Source: Truepera sp. (GTDB lineage: Bacteria; Deinococcota; Deinococci; Deinococcales; Trueperaceae). From it: a DNA stretch of 64,000 bases. Below, in pieces: positions 31,538 through 41,598 of the stretch; position 1 is the stretch's first letter; the number at the start of each line of letters is the position of its first letter. Made by a program: the position numbers and the translations under genes. The notes under the pieces are model-generated. The model did no database searches. It was not told the DNA's origin and worked only from the letters and a program-made list of their open reading frames with translations. Location: assembly GCA_965218435.1 (NCBI GenBank), contig CBDCKW010000009.1:1088001-1152000 (forward strand), in the 5' to 3' direction.

Positions 31538-32722
31538 ATGAAACCTCTTGAAAATTTGCGCGTTTTAGACCTCTCCCGTATTTTGAGCGGTCCTTACTGC
31601 ACGATGGTCTTAGCCGACTTCGGCGCAGATGTAGTCAAGATCGAGCGCCCCGGTAGTGGCGACGATACCCGGAGCTGGGTGCCGCCATTTATCGGCGACG
31701 AATCGGCCTACTTTTTGTCGGTCAACCGCAACAAACGCAGCCTCACTTTGGACCTCAAAACGCCTGCAGGTAAAGAGGTCCTCTTGCGGCTAGCTAAGTG
31801 GGCGGACGTGGTTGTCGAAAACTTCCGCCCCGGTACCGCTGAAAAGCTCGGCATCGGTTACGACACGCTTAAAGAACTTAATCCCCGCCTGATTTACTGC
31901 GCGATTTCCGGGTTTGGGCAGACCGGCCCCTACCGCGATAAACCGGGGTACGACGCGGTGGGGCAGGCGATGGGCGGACTGATGAGCGTAACCGGCTACC
32001 CGGAGCTGCCGCCGGTTCGGTTTGGCGTCGCAATTGCCGACCTCGGCGCGGCGATGTGGAGTTTGGTGGGGATTTTAAGTGCGCTACACGTACGTGAACA
32101 GACCGGGCGCGGTCAATACATTGATACCTCGCTTTTTGAAGGGCAGGTGTCATGGCTGACTTACGTCGCCGGAAACTACTTTGCAACTGGAAAAAACCCT
32201 GAGCGGCACGGTTCGGCGCACCCCAACATCGTGCCGTACCAGGCGTTTGAAACGAGCGACGGCGCTGTCATGATCGCGATCGGTAACGACGGTTTGTGGA
32301 GGAAGTTTGTCGTGGCGATAGGGCGGCCTGCGCTGGGAGACGATCCCAAATACATGACGAACGAGACCAGGGCCGCGCACCGGGATGAACTGATCGGCGT
32401 CTTGAGTGACGTATTTAAGGCGCAGACGACAGACGAATGGATCGAGCAACTCGGTCAGCGTGGTGTGCCGGTGTCGCCGATTCAAAGTGTTGCCGATGTG
32501 GTTGAAGACCCGCACGCCGCCGCCAGGGACATGTTTGTCAAATTGCAGCACCCGACGGTCGGGGAAATGACCGTCACGGGGATTCCCGTCAAACTTTCCG
32601 AAACGCCCGGTGAGGTTAAAACGCCGCCCCCAACCTTGGGTCAGCACAGCGAAGAGGTGCTGCTCGAGCTGGGCTACTCACCTGAAGACATCGCGGCGTT
32701 GCAAAAAAATAGCGTTGTTTAG
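31538..32722 (+). CDS. Class III CoA-transferase (CaiB/BaiF family)
   Basis: DLSRILSGP, NRNKRS, ENFRPG, PGYD. Confidence 0.93.
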   Translation: MKPLENLRVLDLSRILSGPYCTMVLADFGADVVKIERPGSGDDTRSWVPPFIGDESAYFLSVNRNKRSLTLDLKTPAGKEVLLRLAKWADVVVENFRPGTAEKLGIGYDTLKELNPRLIYCAISGFGQTGPYRDKPGYDAVGQAMGGLMSVTGYPELPPVRFGVAIADLGAAMWSLVGILSALHVREQTGRGQYIDTSLFEGQVSWLTYVAGNYFATGKNPERHGSAHPNIVPYQAFETSDGAVMIAIGNDGLWRKFVVAIGRPALGDDPKYMTNETRAAHRDELIGVLSDVFKAQTTDEWIEQLGQRGVPVSPIQSVADVVEDPHAAARDMFVKLQHPTVGEMTVTGIPVKLSETPGEVKTPPPTLGQHSEEVLLELGYSPEDIAALQKNSVV

Positions 32723-32842
32723 ATGGAGTGCTATTCTGCTGGCTCACGGCTGGGTTGCTTGCTTGAAGGGACAATTTGACAGGTGGCCTCGAGCAGGATG
32801 ATAACGGGACTCGAGCTGGCTTATTTGGCACTGTGTTCCCCC

Positions 32843-33988
32843 TCAATACTTGCTCGGTGGGTCGTAGCGGCGGTGAATCGTCTGCGCCAGCGTGTAATAA
32901 TCCAAGAGCTTTTCGGTAGACGCCCGCCAGCTCCAGCGTTCCATCTCGAGTCGTGAGCGTTCCCCGAACCTCTGCCTCAGCTCTGCGTCAAAGAGCAGCG
33001 TGCCGAGTTTGTCAGTCAAATCGCCGAGGTCACCTGGGGTAAACATCAGGCCGTTCTCTCCCTCGCTGATCACATCGGGGATGCCGCCAGCTCTAGCCCC
33101 AACTACTGGAACACCCGAGGCCATCGCCTCCATCGCCACAAATCCGAGCGTTTCGGTGTCCGAGGGAAAGGCAAACACGTCGGCTGACGCGTAGGCTTGC
33201 GCCAACTCGTCGCCGCTCATATAGCCGGTAAACACGGTCGGCGTGTCGGCGAACTGTTCGCGTAACGCTTTTTCAGCTGGGCCGGAACCCACAAACGCCA
33301 GCCGTACCTCGGAAAGCTGGGTGACGGGCGCGTAAAGCCAGTCGAGCCGTTTTTCAAATGAAAGCCGCCCGACGTAGACCATCAGCGGTTTGTCCGGCTC
33401 ACCGTCTGAGAGGCGCAGCCGCATGTCGCCGGAGTTGTTGCCGGGGGTGTAGCGCACCGTATCTACCGCTTTCGGCCAGAGCCGCACCCGGTTGATACCG
33501 AGCCCCCGCGCCGAATTGACCATCGGTTGACTCGTGCAGAGGTTGACGTGCGCTTGGTTGTGAACATCCCGAATCCAGGTGTGCGACAACGGTTTGAGAA
33601 AGCCTAAGTTGAGGTGCTCGACGTAGTGCGGCAGGTCGGTGTGAAAGCTCGCTAAAAGGGGCAGGTTGCGCTGTTTGGCAATGGCGGTGCCCCACATGCC
33701 TAAAACGACCGGGTTGATGACATGCACGATATCGGGTTTGAAGCGGTCCAACTCGCGGCCCAAACGGGGGCGGGGGAGACCTAAAAAAAGTTCGGGATAC
33801 CACGGGTAAAATGACACCGCCGGAACCTTGATGATGGGAAACCCTTGAAAGCTCTCGGGCGGGTTTTGCGGCGCGAAGATGATGGCTTCGTGACCGAGGC
33901 TTTGGAGCTGTTCCAAAGTCCGCAGCATCCGGGTAACGATGCCGTCAATTTTGGGTAGAAAGGTTTCGGTAAAGTAGGCGATACGCAC
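32843..33988 (-). CDS. sqdX: GT4 glycosyltransferase, SqdX/SQD2-like sulfoquinovosyltransferase
   Basis: TETFLPKIDGIVTR, SDTETLGFVAMEAMASG; adjacent to sqdB. Confidence 0.75.
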   Translation of the reverse strand: MRIAYFTETFLPKIDGIVTRMLRTLEQLQSLGHEAIIFAPQNPPESFQGFPIIKVPAVSFYPWYPELFLGLPRPRLGRELDRFKPDIVHVINPVVLGMWGTAIAKQRNLPLLASFHTDLPHYVEHLNLGFLKPLSHTWIRDVHNQAHVNLCTSQPMVNSARGLGINRVRLWPKAVDTVRYTPGNNSGDMRLRLSDGEPDKPLMVYVGRLSFEKRLDWLYAPVTQLSEVRLAFVGSGPAEKALREQFADTPTVFTGYMSGDELAQAYASADVFAFPSDTETLGFVAMEAMASGVPVVGARAGGIPDVISEGENGLMFTPGDLGDLTDKLGTLLFDAELRQRFGERSRLEMERWSWRASTEKLLDYYTLAQTIHRRYDPPSKY

Positions 33989-34128
33989 GGCTATGATAGA
34001 CCTATGATGCGTTGTCGGTACCTGGGCCGGTCAAAACGGAACGAGTCGGACCTAGTTGTTCTAAAAGCGTTATGAATAGATGCGCCATAGTCAGTATGGG
34101 CTACCCAGCTTTCAAACTTACCCGCAAG

Positions 34129-34280
34129 GTGCGGCACGACGTTTCTTGTCCGCTCCTTGATAGGCCGTGAACCGTCCGGTAAATTGGCTACCCTCACACG
34201 CACAAGGGGTGAATGGTAGCCAGCTTGAACGTTCAAAAGGTTGTACACAACTCGGCCCCTACTCAGGTGGTGGGCTCGAG
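34129..34280 (+). mobile_element. Probable truncated group II intron 5' end (domain I fragment)
   Basis: Starts GTGCGGCACGACGTTTC; contains GGCCGTGAAC..CGGTAAA, a GGCTACC/GGTAGCC stem and CTTGAACG..AAAAGG, resembling IIB intron 5' ends from recall; no DV and no RT ORF. Confidence 0.45.
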
Positions 34281-35501
34281 CTTCTCCGTACCCACGCTGC
34301 TTTTAGGAACGCCAGCTTTGGGTATCCCCGCATGTTGTGCTTTGGTCCATAGAGACATTGCCGGAATCTTGCTCAGGTCGGCCCTGTTTGCGTACTTTTT
34401 GGCAATTTCAGTAACTTCTAACAGCAACCCTTCGGAAAGCGTCGTCGGGTTTAGGCCCATATCTAAAAACAGGTCGTTTTTGACGTGCAGTTCGTTTTCC
34501 GGCGACTCTTTGCGGGGGTTCGGGACGTAGGCTACGTCGTCACCCGTAAGCTTGGCGACGAGCTGCGCTAAGTCGCGCACCTTGTGTGTTTCGGTCATCT
34601 GGTTCAAGATACGGACGCGCTCACCCACAGCCGGGGGATGGGTCAGCGCCAGCTCGACGCAGCGCACGGTGTCCTGAATATGGATAAACGCCCGCGTCTG
34701 CCCGCCGGTGCCGTGAACGGTCAGCGGATACCCGACCGCTGCTTGCATCAAAAAGCGGTTCAGAACGGTACCGTAATCGCCGTCATAATCGAAGCGGTTG
34801 ATGAGGCGTTCGTCGCGGGCCGTCTCTTTCGTATTCGTCCCCCAGACGATGCCCTGGTGCAGGTCGGTCACGCGAACACCGTCATTTTTGTTGTAAAACG
34901 CGAACAACAGCTGGTCTTGTGTTTTAGTCATGTGATAGATGCTGCCGGGGTTCGTCGGGTAGAGAATCTGCTGCTGCACCCGTTCGCCGGTCTCGGTAAC
35001 GACCTCGACGTCTAAGTAGCCCTCCGGAATCTTCATCCCGGCGGTGCCGTAACCGTACACGCCCATCGTGCCTAAGTGCGCGATATGAACGTCTTGACCC
35101 GACTCGACCACGGCGCAAAGCACATTATTGGTCGCGCTGACGTTGTTGTCTACGGTGTAGCGTTTATGCCGTGGCGACTTCATCGAATAGGGGGCAGCCC
35201 GTTGTTCGGCAAAGTGAACGATGGCGTCGGGGCGTTCAGCCTCTAAAATCCCCAAAAACCGCTCGTATTCGGTCGCCAGGTTGAGGTTGTAAAACCCCAG
35301 CTCGTTGCCTGAAACCTCTTTCCAGGCTGCAATACGCTGGTCTATCGGCGCAACCGGGGTCAGCGAAGTTGCGCCGAGTTCGTTGTCAATGTTGCGCCGT
35401 GACAAGTTATCTATGATGACCACTTCATGACCGAGGTTCGACAGGTGCAGCGAGGTCGGCCAGCCGCAAAAGCCGTCGCCGCCCAAAATAAAAACTTTCA
35501 T
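34263..35501 (-). CDS. sqdB: UDP-sulfoquinovose synthase
   Basis: GGDGFCGWPT, HFAEQRAAPYSMK, LGTMGVYG, TDLHQGIVWG, FDYDGDYGTVLNRF. Confidence 0.95.
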   Translation of the reverse strand: MKVFILGGDGFCGWPTSLHLSNLGHEVVIIDNLSRRNIDNELGATSLTPVAPIDQRIAAWKEVSGNELGFYNLNLATEYERFLGILEAERPDAIVHFAEQRAAPYSMKSPRHKRYTVDNNVSATNNVLCAVVESGQDVHIAHLGTMGVYGYGTAGMKIPEGYLDVEVVTETGERVQQQILYPTNPGSIYHMTKTQDQLLFAFYNKNDGVRVTDLHQGIVWGTNTKETARDERLINRFDYDGDYGTVLNRFLMQAAVGYPLTVHGTGGQTRAFIHIQDTVRCVELALTHPPAVGERVRILNQMTETHKVRDLAQLVAKLTGDDVAYVPNPRKESPENELHVKNDLFLDMGLNPTTLSEGLLLEVTEIAKKYANRADLSKIPAMSLWTKAQHAGIPKAGVPKSSVGTEKLEPTT

Positions 35502-35608
35502 CGTGCCTCCGTAGGCGTGGGGCAGGCTTGCCCCAACAAAGTACCTGTCAGTCTAGCACTTCGTATGTACGGTTAAACAGGCTGAGTAAACGACAAGAAT
35601 AGAGCTAC

Positions 35609-35631
35609 AAAAAGCAGACCTTAGGTCTGCT
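35609..35631 (-). terminator. Intrinsic terminator after the GT2 gene
   Basis: AGCAGACC-TAA-GGTCTGCT followed by a T-run on the minus strand. Confidence 0.65.
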
Positions 35632-35814
35632 CGAGCCTCTTTGCCAGCTTGCCCGGCTTTTGCTCTCTAACTGCTGCGCCGAATACACGAAAGACACTTT
35701 TCACAGGCTGCAGATGCTTGAATGCCGTTTTTTGTAGCTCGGCTGTGATCTTATTGGCTGTAGTCTCAGATATTACCAACGCCCTTAGCTGATAAGGTCA
35801 ACAAAACCCAAAGC

Positions 35815-37026
35815 TCAAAGGATACTGCCGCCTCCGCGCACCTTACGGAGCCACTCGCGCCACTGCCGTTTGACGAATCTGCGGCGGTAACTTTGCGCCC
35901 CCGCCTTCCACTCGCCGGATTTAACGGTTGCCCAGATCACCACAGCTGCGATAAAAAACGGGTGCAGCACGGCCCAGGTCACGGTGTTAAGGCCGCCCAA
36001 GTCGCGCCGCCCCATCAATCTTTCGCCTAAGTGCATCCCGTAAACCTCAACGATGAGTTTCGCACCCCAGAGCCCGAACACCCACGGCATCAGCGCAGGG
36101 TCAAAAAAGGCCAGCACCACGCCGAGGCTCAGCACGACGCTCTGCGCCCCTAAAACTGAAATGGCGGCAAAAAAGGCCGGATGGTAGTGCATGATGTGAA
36201 AGTAGCGGCTGACCCAGCGGCGGCGCTGATTTAAGAGCGCGTAAACGCCCGGCATCGGTTGGGTATAGACGCGGATATCGGGGGTATTGGCAAAGACGAT
36301 GCGGCCTTGTTGCAAGCGGCCCATTCGCTGCGTCAAGAGGTCTTCGTCACCCGAAGGGGCACGGCCCGACGCGCCGAAACCGCCGATCTGCAAAAACGCG
36401 CTGCGGCGGTAACCCTGATTGTTGGCGGAGGAGGCGAACTTCCAACCGAAGTGCGTCAAGGCCATCGAGGTCATCATTAAGGATAACCAATCGGTTGATT
36501 CAAACCGCTGCACGGCGCTCGAGCCGTCATTCGGGCGCGTGCTTTCGACGTAGCCCACGACCATCGCCACGTCCGGCGCGAAGTGTGAGACCATCCCCGA
36601 CACCCACGTCTCCGGGTACTGACAGTCGGCGTCCGAGGTTAAGATAAGCTCGCCGGTTGACGCCTGAATCCCGGTATTGACCGCGTTGACCTTGGGTGAT
36701 AAGCGGCGGCTCGGTAGGTGAACGTTGACGAGGCGGAAGCGCGGGTCTTGCGCCACAAAGCGTTCGATGATGGCTTCGGTCGCGTCGGTTGAGCGGTCGT
36801 TGACGATCACGAACTCGAGCCCCCCCGTATAAACCTGCCGGGAAAGCGAGGCGAGCGTCGCAGCTAATTTGTCCTCTTCGTTATGCGCGGGGATAATCAC
36901 GCTGACGCTCGGCGTTGCAGCGTTTTGGGGGCGGTCGTTATGTCTGAGCAGGCCGACAATGACCATCAGCATCAGACCGATATAGGGTAACACGAGCGCG
37001 TAGAGTAAAATTAAAAGTAACGTCAT
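35815..37026 (-). CDS. GT2 membrane glycosyltransferase
   Basis: IIPAHNEE, NDRSTD, SDAD, GDED, QRRRW; TM helices. Confidence 0.9.
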   Translation of the reverse strand: MTLLLILLYALVLPYIGLMLMVIVGLLRHNDRPQNAATPSVSVIIPAHNEEDKLAATLASLSRQVYTGGLEFVIVNDRSTDATEAIIERFVAQDPRFRLVNVHLPSRRLSPKVNAVNTGIQASTGELILTSDADCQYPETWVSGMVSHFAPDVAMVVGYVESTRPNDGSSAVQRFESTDWLSLMMTSMALTHFGWKFASSANNQGYRRSAFLQIGGFGASGRAPSGDEDLLTQRMGRLQQGRIVFANTPDIRVYTQPMPGVYALLNQRRRWVSRYFHIMHYHPAFFAAISVLGAQSVVLSLGVVLAFFDPALMPWVFGLWGAKLIVEVYGMHLGERLMGRRDLGGLNTVTWAVLHPFFIAAVVIWATVKSGEWKAGAQSYRRRFVKRQWREWLRKVRGGGSIL

Positions 37027-37446
37027 AAGTTAAAACCTGAGGCTTGCACGCCCGAGTCTAGCATAGGGGCCTCTCAGCCGAAAGCGCCCTAAGCACCCAC
37101 TTATTCAAGAGTACCGCAAGGGTCGTGTCGCTACAGAGGTTACGCGGGTTGGGCCGAGCGGGTTAATCAGCTGAGCGTCGGACAACTCGCCGAGCCGACC
37201 TGCTGAGTTCGTTTGAGCCGTAGCCATACAAATTTTCAGCTACGCAGCTCACCTCATATTTTTATTTTCAAAAGGATTTGCTCCAAGCCGTGACCCAAAA
37301 CCTAATAGACCATAATAATAAAGATCCATAGACTATAAGAAATAGACCATAAGAATATGTGCGCTGTCGGCGCTCAGACAATACAAGTTGACAACACAAG
37401 CTCTACGCGACTGCTCGGTGGCGCAGCTGAGCGGTACGCTGTAGAC

Positions 37447-39711
37447 GTGAAGCTGCCGGACGCACTCGCTAAGCACCGCTCGTATCACGGCTGGTTGGGA
37501 GCACAAGCGGGGTATCGCGGGCAGATTGAGTTTTTTAGCTACGTGCCGGGGCGAGTCGGCGGTGAGCGAGCTTTACCCCCGGCGCGTTACCGCGCCCTGT
37601 TGGCGCAGCTCGAGATTACACCCTACAAACATCAGGCTGAGGCGCTCGCCTACAGCGCAGCGGGGAAAAATGTTGTCGTAGCAACGCCGACGGCTTCGGG
37701 CAAATCGCTTAGTTATCAGGTACCGACGCTCGAGGTCCTGGCACGCGGTGCTCACGCGCTCTACTTGTTTCCGACCAAGGCGCTCGCGTTCGACCAATTA
37801 GAAAAGCTCACCCAGCTTGCTGAGAAGTTAAAGCTCGGCGGTTTTGTCTCAACGTTCGACGGCGATACACCCACGCAGCACCGCCAAGCGGTTCGTGAGC
37901 ACGCACGCTGCATCCTGACGAACCCGGATATGCTCCACTACGGTATTTTGCCGCAACACGCGCGGTGGGCACGGTTTTTGGGCTGCTTAGAACTCATCGT
38001 CTTAGATGAACTGCACGCCTACCGCGGCGTCATGGGGACGCACGTCGCCAATATCGTACAGCGCCTGTTACGGTTGGCGCGCTCCTACGGGGCGACGCCG
38101 CAAGTCGTTGCGGCGAGCGCAACCATCGGGAATCCGGCCGAGCACGCGCACAACCTCACCGGGCTTAAGTTTGAAGCGGTAACCCAAGACGAAAGCCCCA
38201 GGGCTGAACGTGAACTGCTCTTCTGGCGGCCCCCGGATTTGCCCGGTCAAGCAGGGGTGGACGGGCGTCGCCGCAGCACCCACGCCGAAGCTGCCGACCT
38301 CGCAGCGCTGTTTGTCAAAACCGGGCTTAAGAGTATCTTTTTTTGTAACTCGCGCAAGTCTGCCGAGCTGCTCCGCCGTTACGCCGCCGAAGTGTTGACC
38401 GACGCTGAAAAGGCGCGGTTGTCGAGCTACCGGGCAGGGTACAGCAGCGAGGACCGCCGCATGATCGAGTCGGCGTTTAAGGCGGGACGGCTTTCGGTCT
38501 TGACGGCGACGAGTGCGCTCGAGCTGGGCGTGGACATCGGCGGGGTAGACGCGGTGGTGTTGGTCGGCTATCCAGGGTCGTTGACGGCGTTTTGGCAACG
38601 CGCCGGGCGTGCGGGCAGAGGCAGTACACGGGCTTTAACGCTCCTCATTCCGGGCGGTGATCCGCTTGACGAGTACTACCTCACGCATCCCGAAGCCGTC
38701 ACCGAGGGCCGCGTCGAGCACGCGGTAGCCGACGCCTTGAATACCGAACTGCACCCAAAACACCTGGCGTGTGCGGCGGTTGAGAGGCCGCTCGAGCCTT
38801 ATGAGCCGCTCGTCGGCGGGGTAGATTTGGCGTCATTAGCCGGGTTTAAGGAATACCGGGGCCGCTGGGTTTACCGGGGCCGTTATCCGCACCGCACGCT
38901 CAGTGTGCGCGGGACGGGTGTGGGGCGTATCAAGCTGCGGGACAATCTAGGTCGCAATTTAGGCGAGGCCGATTGGGTCAGCGCCCTCCGCGAGCTGCAT
39001 CCGGGCGCAGTCTACTTGCATCAGGGCGAGAACTACCTCGTGCGTAACCTGGACTTGGAAAAAGGCGAAGCCTACTTACTGCCGCACTTAGAAGACACCT
39101 ATACGCAGGCGCGTTCTGAAACCGAAGTGACCGTGTTGGCTGAGTCCGAACGTTTTGGCCGCGTCCATACGGGCCGCGTCGAGGTCACGACGAGTTTTAC
39201 CTCGTATGTCCGTAAACGCCTCTACCGCGAGACTATCTTAGACGAGCGCCCTTTAGACCTACCCGACGCGAGTTTTCTCACGCAGGCGCTCTGGTTTGAG
39301 GTGACTGATGTTGCCGGGGCGGTGCCGCCAAGTTTGTTGCCGAGCGCCATACACGCGCTCGAGCACACCCTCATCGGCCTTTTACCCGCCTTTGTCCTGT
39401 GCGAACGTGCCGATGTCGGCGGCGTCTCGTATCCGGCGTACCCGGCTAGCGGCGCACCGACTATCTTTATTTACGACGGCTACCCCGGCGGGGTAGGCTA
39501 CGCTAGAGAAGGCGCGACAAGGTTTACCGAGTGGCTGAGGGCGGCGGGTGAGCTGCTCACCCGGTGCCCGTGTCAAAACGGGTGCCCGCGCTGCGTGTTA
39601 TCACCTAAGTGTGGCAACGGTAACCAGCTGCTGGATAAAACCGCAGCAAAAGTGCTGAGCCTTAGTTTGCTTGCTACACTTTCTGCTACGCCGTTAATCC
39701 TAAAGGCGTAG
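37447..39711 (+). CDS. DEAD/DEAH-box helicase with C-terminal DUF1998 (MrfA/YprA/Hrq family)
   Basis: TPTASGKS, DELH, SAT, QRAGRAGR, CPCQNGCPRC; GTG start after TACGCT -10. Confidence 0.92.
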   Translation: MKLPDALAKHRSYHGWLGAQAGYRGQIEFFSYVPGRVGGERALPPARYRALLAQLEITPYKHQAEALAYSAAGKNVVVATPTASGKSLSYQVPTLEVLARGAHALYLFPTKALAFDQLEKLTQLAEKLKLGGFVSTFDGDTPTQHRQAVREHARCILTNPDMLHYGILPQHARWARFLGCLELIVLDELHAYRGVMGTHVANIVQRLLRLARSYGATPQVVAASATIGNPAEHAHNLTGLKFEAVTQDESPRAERELLFWRPPDLPGQAGVDGRRRSTHAEAADLAALFVKTGLKSIFFCNSRKSAELLRRYAAEVLTDAEKARLSSYRAGYSSEDRRMIESAFKAGRLSVLTATSALELGVDIGGVDAVVLVGYPGSLTAFWQRAGRAGRGSTRALTLLIPGGDPLDEYYLTHPEAVTEGRVEHAVADALNTELHPKHLACAAVERPLEPYEPLVGGVDLASLAGFKEYRGRWVYRGRYPHRTLSVRGTGVGRIKLRDNLGRNLGEADWVSALRELHPGAVYLHQGENYLVRNLDLEKGEAYLLPHLEDTYTQARSETEVTVLAESERFGRVHTGRVEVTTSFTSYVRKRLYRETILDERPLDLPDASFLTQALWFEVTDVAGAVPPSLLPSAIHALEHTLIGLLPAFVLCERADVGGVSYPAYPASGAPTIFIYDGYPGGVGYAREGATRFTEWLRAAGELLTRCPCQNGCPRCVLSPKCGNGNQLLDKTAAKVLSLSLLATLSATPLILKA

Positions 39712-39815
39712 TTCTTTTTCTAAAACAACAACCAGTTTTTCTCAGATCAGGCCATGTACCTAAAAGCACCGTCCAGAACAGCTTTCACGCCTTATAGGTA
39801 TTGTCCTTTCGAACA

Positions 39816-39844
39816 TTGACGCAAACTCCATGAGCGACTAATGT
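39816..39844 (+). promoter_or_regulatory. Sigma70-type promoter TTGACG-N17-TAATGT
   Basis: Canonical spacing; ends 5 nt before ATG 39850. Confidence 0.6.
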
Positions 39845-39849
39845 GAAGC

Positions 39850-39960
39850 ATGTCACTCGGACTTCTCTCACTTCTAACCGCTCTGGTGATATTTAACGTT
39901 TTTTTGTTTTGTGGAGGAGGCAGTTTTCCGCTGTTGGCTGAGCTAGATGAGCAAGACTAA
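39850..39960 (+). CDS. Putative leaderless 36-aa small membrane protein
   Basis: MSLGLLSLLTALVIFNVFLFCGGGSFPLLAELDEQD; below the ORF-track cutoff. Confidence 0.55.
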   Translation: MSLGLLSLLTALVIFNVFLFCGGGSFPLLAELDEQD

Positions 39961-40197
39961 GGCAGCGACGGAGAACTGCCAGCTATGCGCTGGGTAGCCT
40001 GTATTCGCTCGGCTAAACGCTCCAAAAATGTTGAATCCCAACCGCTCTCAACAGTGTTTTAGTTGTCTCACTTGGTCGCAACACTGCCTACTTACTTTAT
40101 TTGCAACGTCAACCGTCACCTTTAATCTCAACTCTGACATTTGTGAAGTCGGCCAGCTTGGTGTCTACCGCCGTTGGCCCCCTCGAGAGGATACAGC

Positions 40198-41433
40198 ATG
40201 AAAACCCTTTATCTAAGTCACGCCGCCGCTCTGGGGGGAGCTGAGCTGTACTTACTCGACTATCTAACCTACTGCCAACGCCATCATCAGGGCCAGGGCA
40301 GTAAAACGCTGCTCTTCGCCGAAGGTGAGTTTGCGCAGAGCTTACGTGGTGTAGGCGCTGAGGTTGAGGTGATGGCCGCGCCAAAAAAGTTGCTCGGTGT
40401 GACCAGGGAGGCCAAAGGCTACCAAAGCCTCGGCGCCGCGTCTGAACTTTTGGGGCTGGCCCGCCGAGTCGCGCGCACGGCTGCTGATTACGACGTCATC
40501 TTTGCCAACTCGCAAAAGGCGTTTATGGTCGGTGCGCTCGCGGCCCTTACCTCGCGTAAACCGCTCGTCTGGTGTTTACACGACATCTTGAGTGCCGGGC
40601 ACTTCAGCGCGGCCAACCGCAAACTTGTGATTACGCTCGCTAATCTGACGGGGGCGCTCGTCGTCGCCAACTCGCAAGCCACGGCGGACGCGTTTGTCAA
40701 GGCCGGTGGCCGAGCGGCGAAGGTCAGAGTCGTTTATAACGGTATTGACGTTGACGCCTACTGTAAGTCTGACGCTGCGACCAACCTCGCAACCGCCGAC
40801 CTGCGCCGCGACCTTGGGATCGGCGACGCGCCGGTCGTCGGCGTGTTTAGCCGGTTGTCTGAGTGGAAAGGTCAGCACGTGCTACTAGAGGCGCTCACTG
40901 AGCTGCCGGGTGTTCACGCTGTCCTCGTTGGTGACGCGCTCTTTGGTGAAGATGCTTACGCCGAGCGCCTACGTGAACAGACGCAGCGTTTGGGGCTCGG
41001 CGGCCGCGTTCACTTTTTGGGGTTTAGACGTGATATTCCCGAGCTGATGCAGTGTGTTGATATTGTGGCGCACACCTCAGTGACGGCTGAACCGTTTGGC
41101 CGGGTGGTAGTTGAGGGCATGCTTTCGGAAAAACCGGTGATTGCGACGTGCGCAGGCGCGATTCCTGAAATTATCAGCGACGGGGAAACCGGCCTGATGG
41201 TTGAACCCGGCGACGCCAACGCCTTAGCCGCCGCCATCAGCACAACCTTAGCGGAGCCTGAAAGGGCGGTGACTCTGGGAACGGCGGCGCGGCGAGCGGT
41301 GCAGGGGCGGTTCTCACTCGAGGCTCTCTCGGGAGGTCTTGAACGCTGTTTTGCTGAACTGAGCGTGTCAGCTGCACCGACCTCGGGCTCGCCGGAAAAG
41401 GCGCTCGACGACTACGAACCTCAGCTTGCTTAA
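40198..41433 (+). CDS. GT4 glycosyltransferase
   Basis: GGAEL, RLSEWKGQH, EPFGRVVVEGM. Confidence 0.92.
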   Translation: MKTLYLSHAAALGGAELYLLDYLTYCQRHHQGQGSKTLLFAEGEFAQSLRGVGAEVEVMAAPKKLLGVTREAKGYQSLGAASELLGLARRVARTAADYDVIFANSQKAFMVGALAALTSRKPLVWCLHDILSAGHFSAANRKLVITLANLTGALVVANSQATADAFVKAGGRAAKVRVVYNGIDVDAYCKSDAATNLATADLRRDLGIGDAPVVGVFSRLSEWKGQHVLLEALTELPGVHAVLVGDALFGEDAYAERLREQTQRLGLGGRVHFLGFRRDIPELMQCVDIVAHTSVTAEPFGRVVVEGMLSEKPVIATCAGAIPEIISDGETGLMVEPGDANALAAAISTTLAEPERAVTLGTAARRAVQGRFSLEALSGGLERCFAELSVSAAPTSGSPEKALDDYEPQLA

Positions 41434-41598
41434 ACAACTCCGTGCCGGATGTGGCGGCTGGTTTAGCTGGTATTCCGGGTGCTGCAGAGTTGGCTATCCT
41501 AGTATTACAGCCGCAGTTAGCAGGAGTAAGTTGAGCTGTAACTTTCTCCCACGCCACACCACCTAAGCTTAAAACCTGGGCAGTTGAATCTCAGGGGG

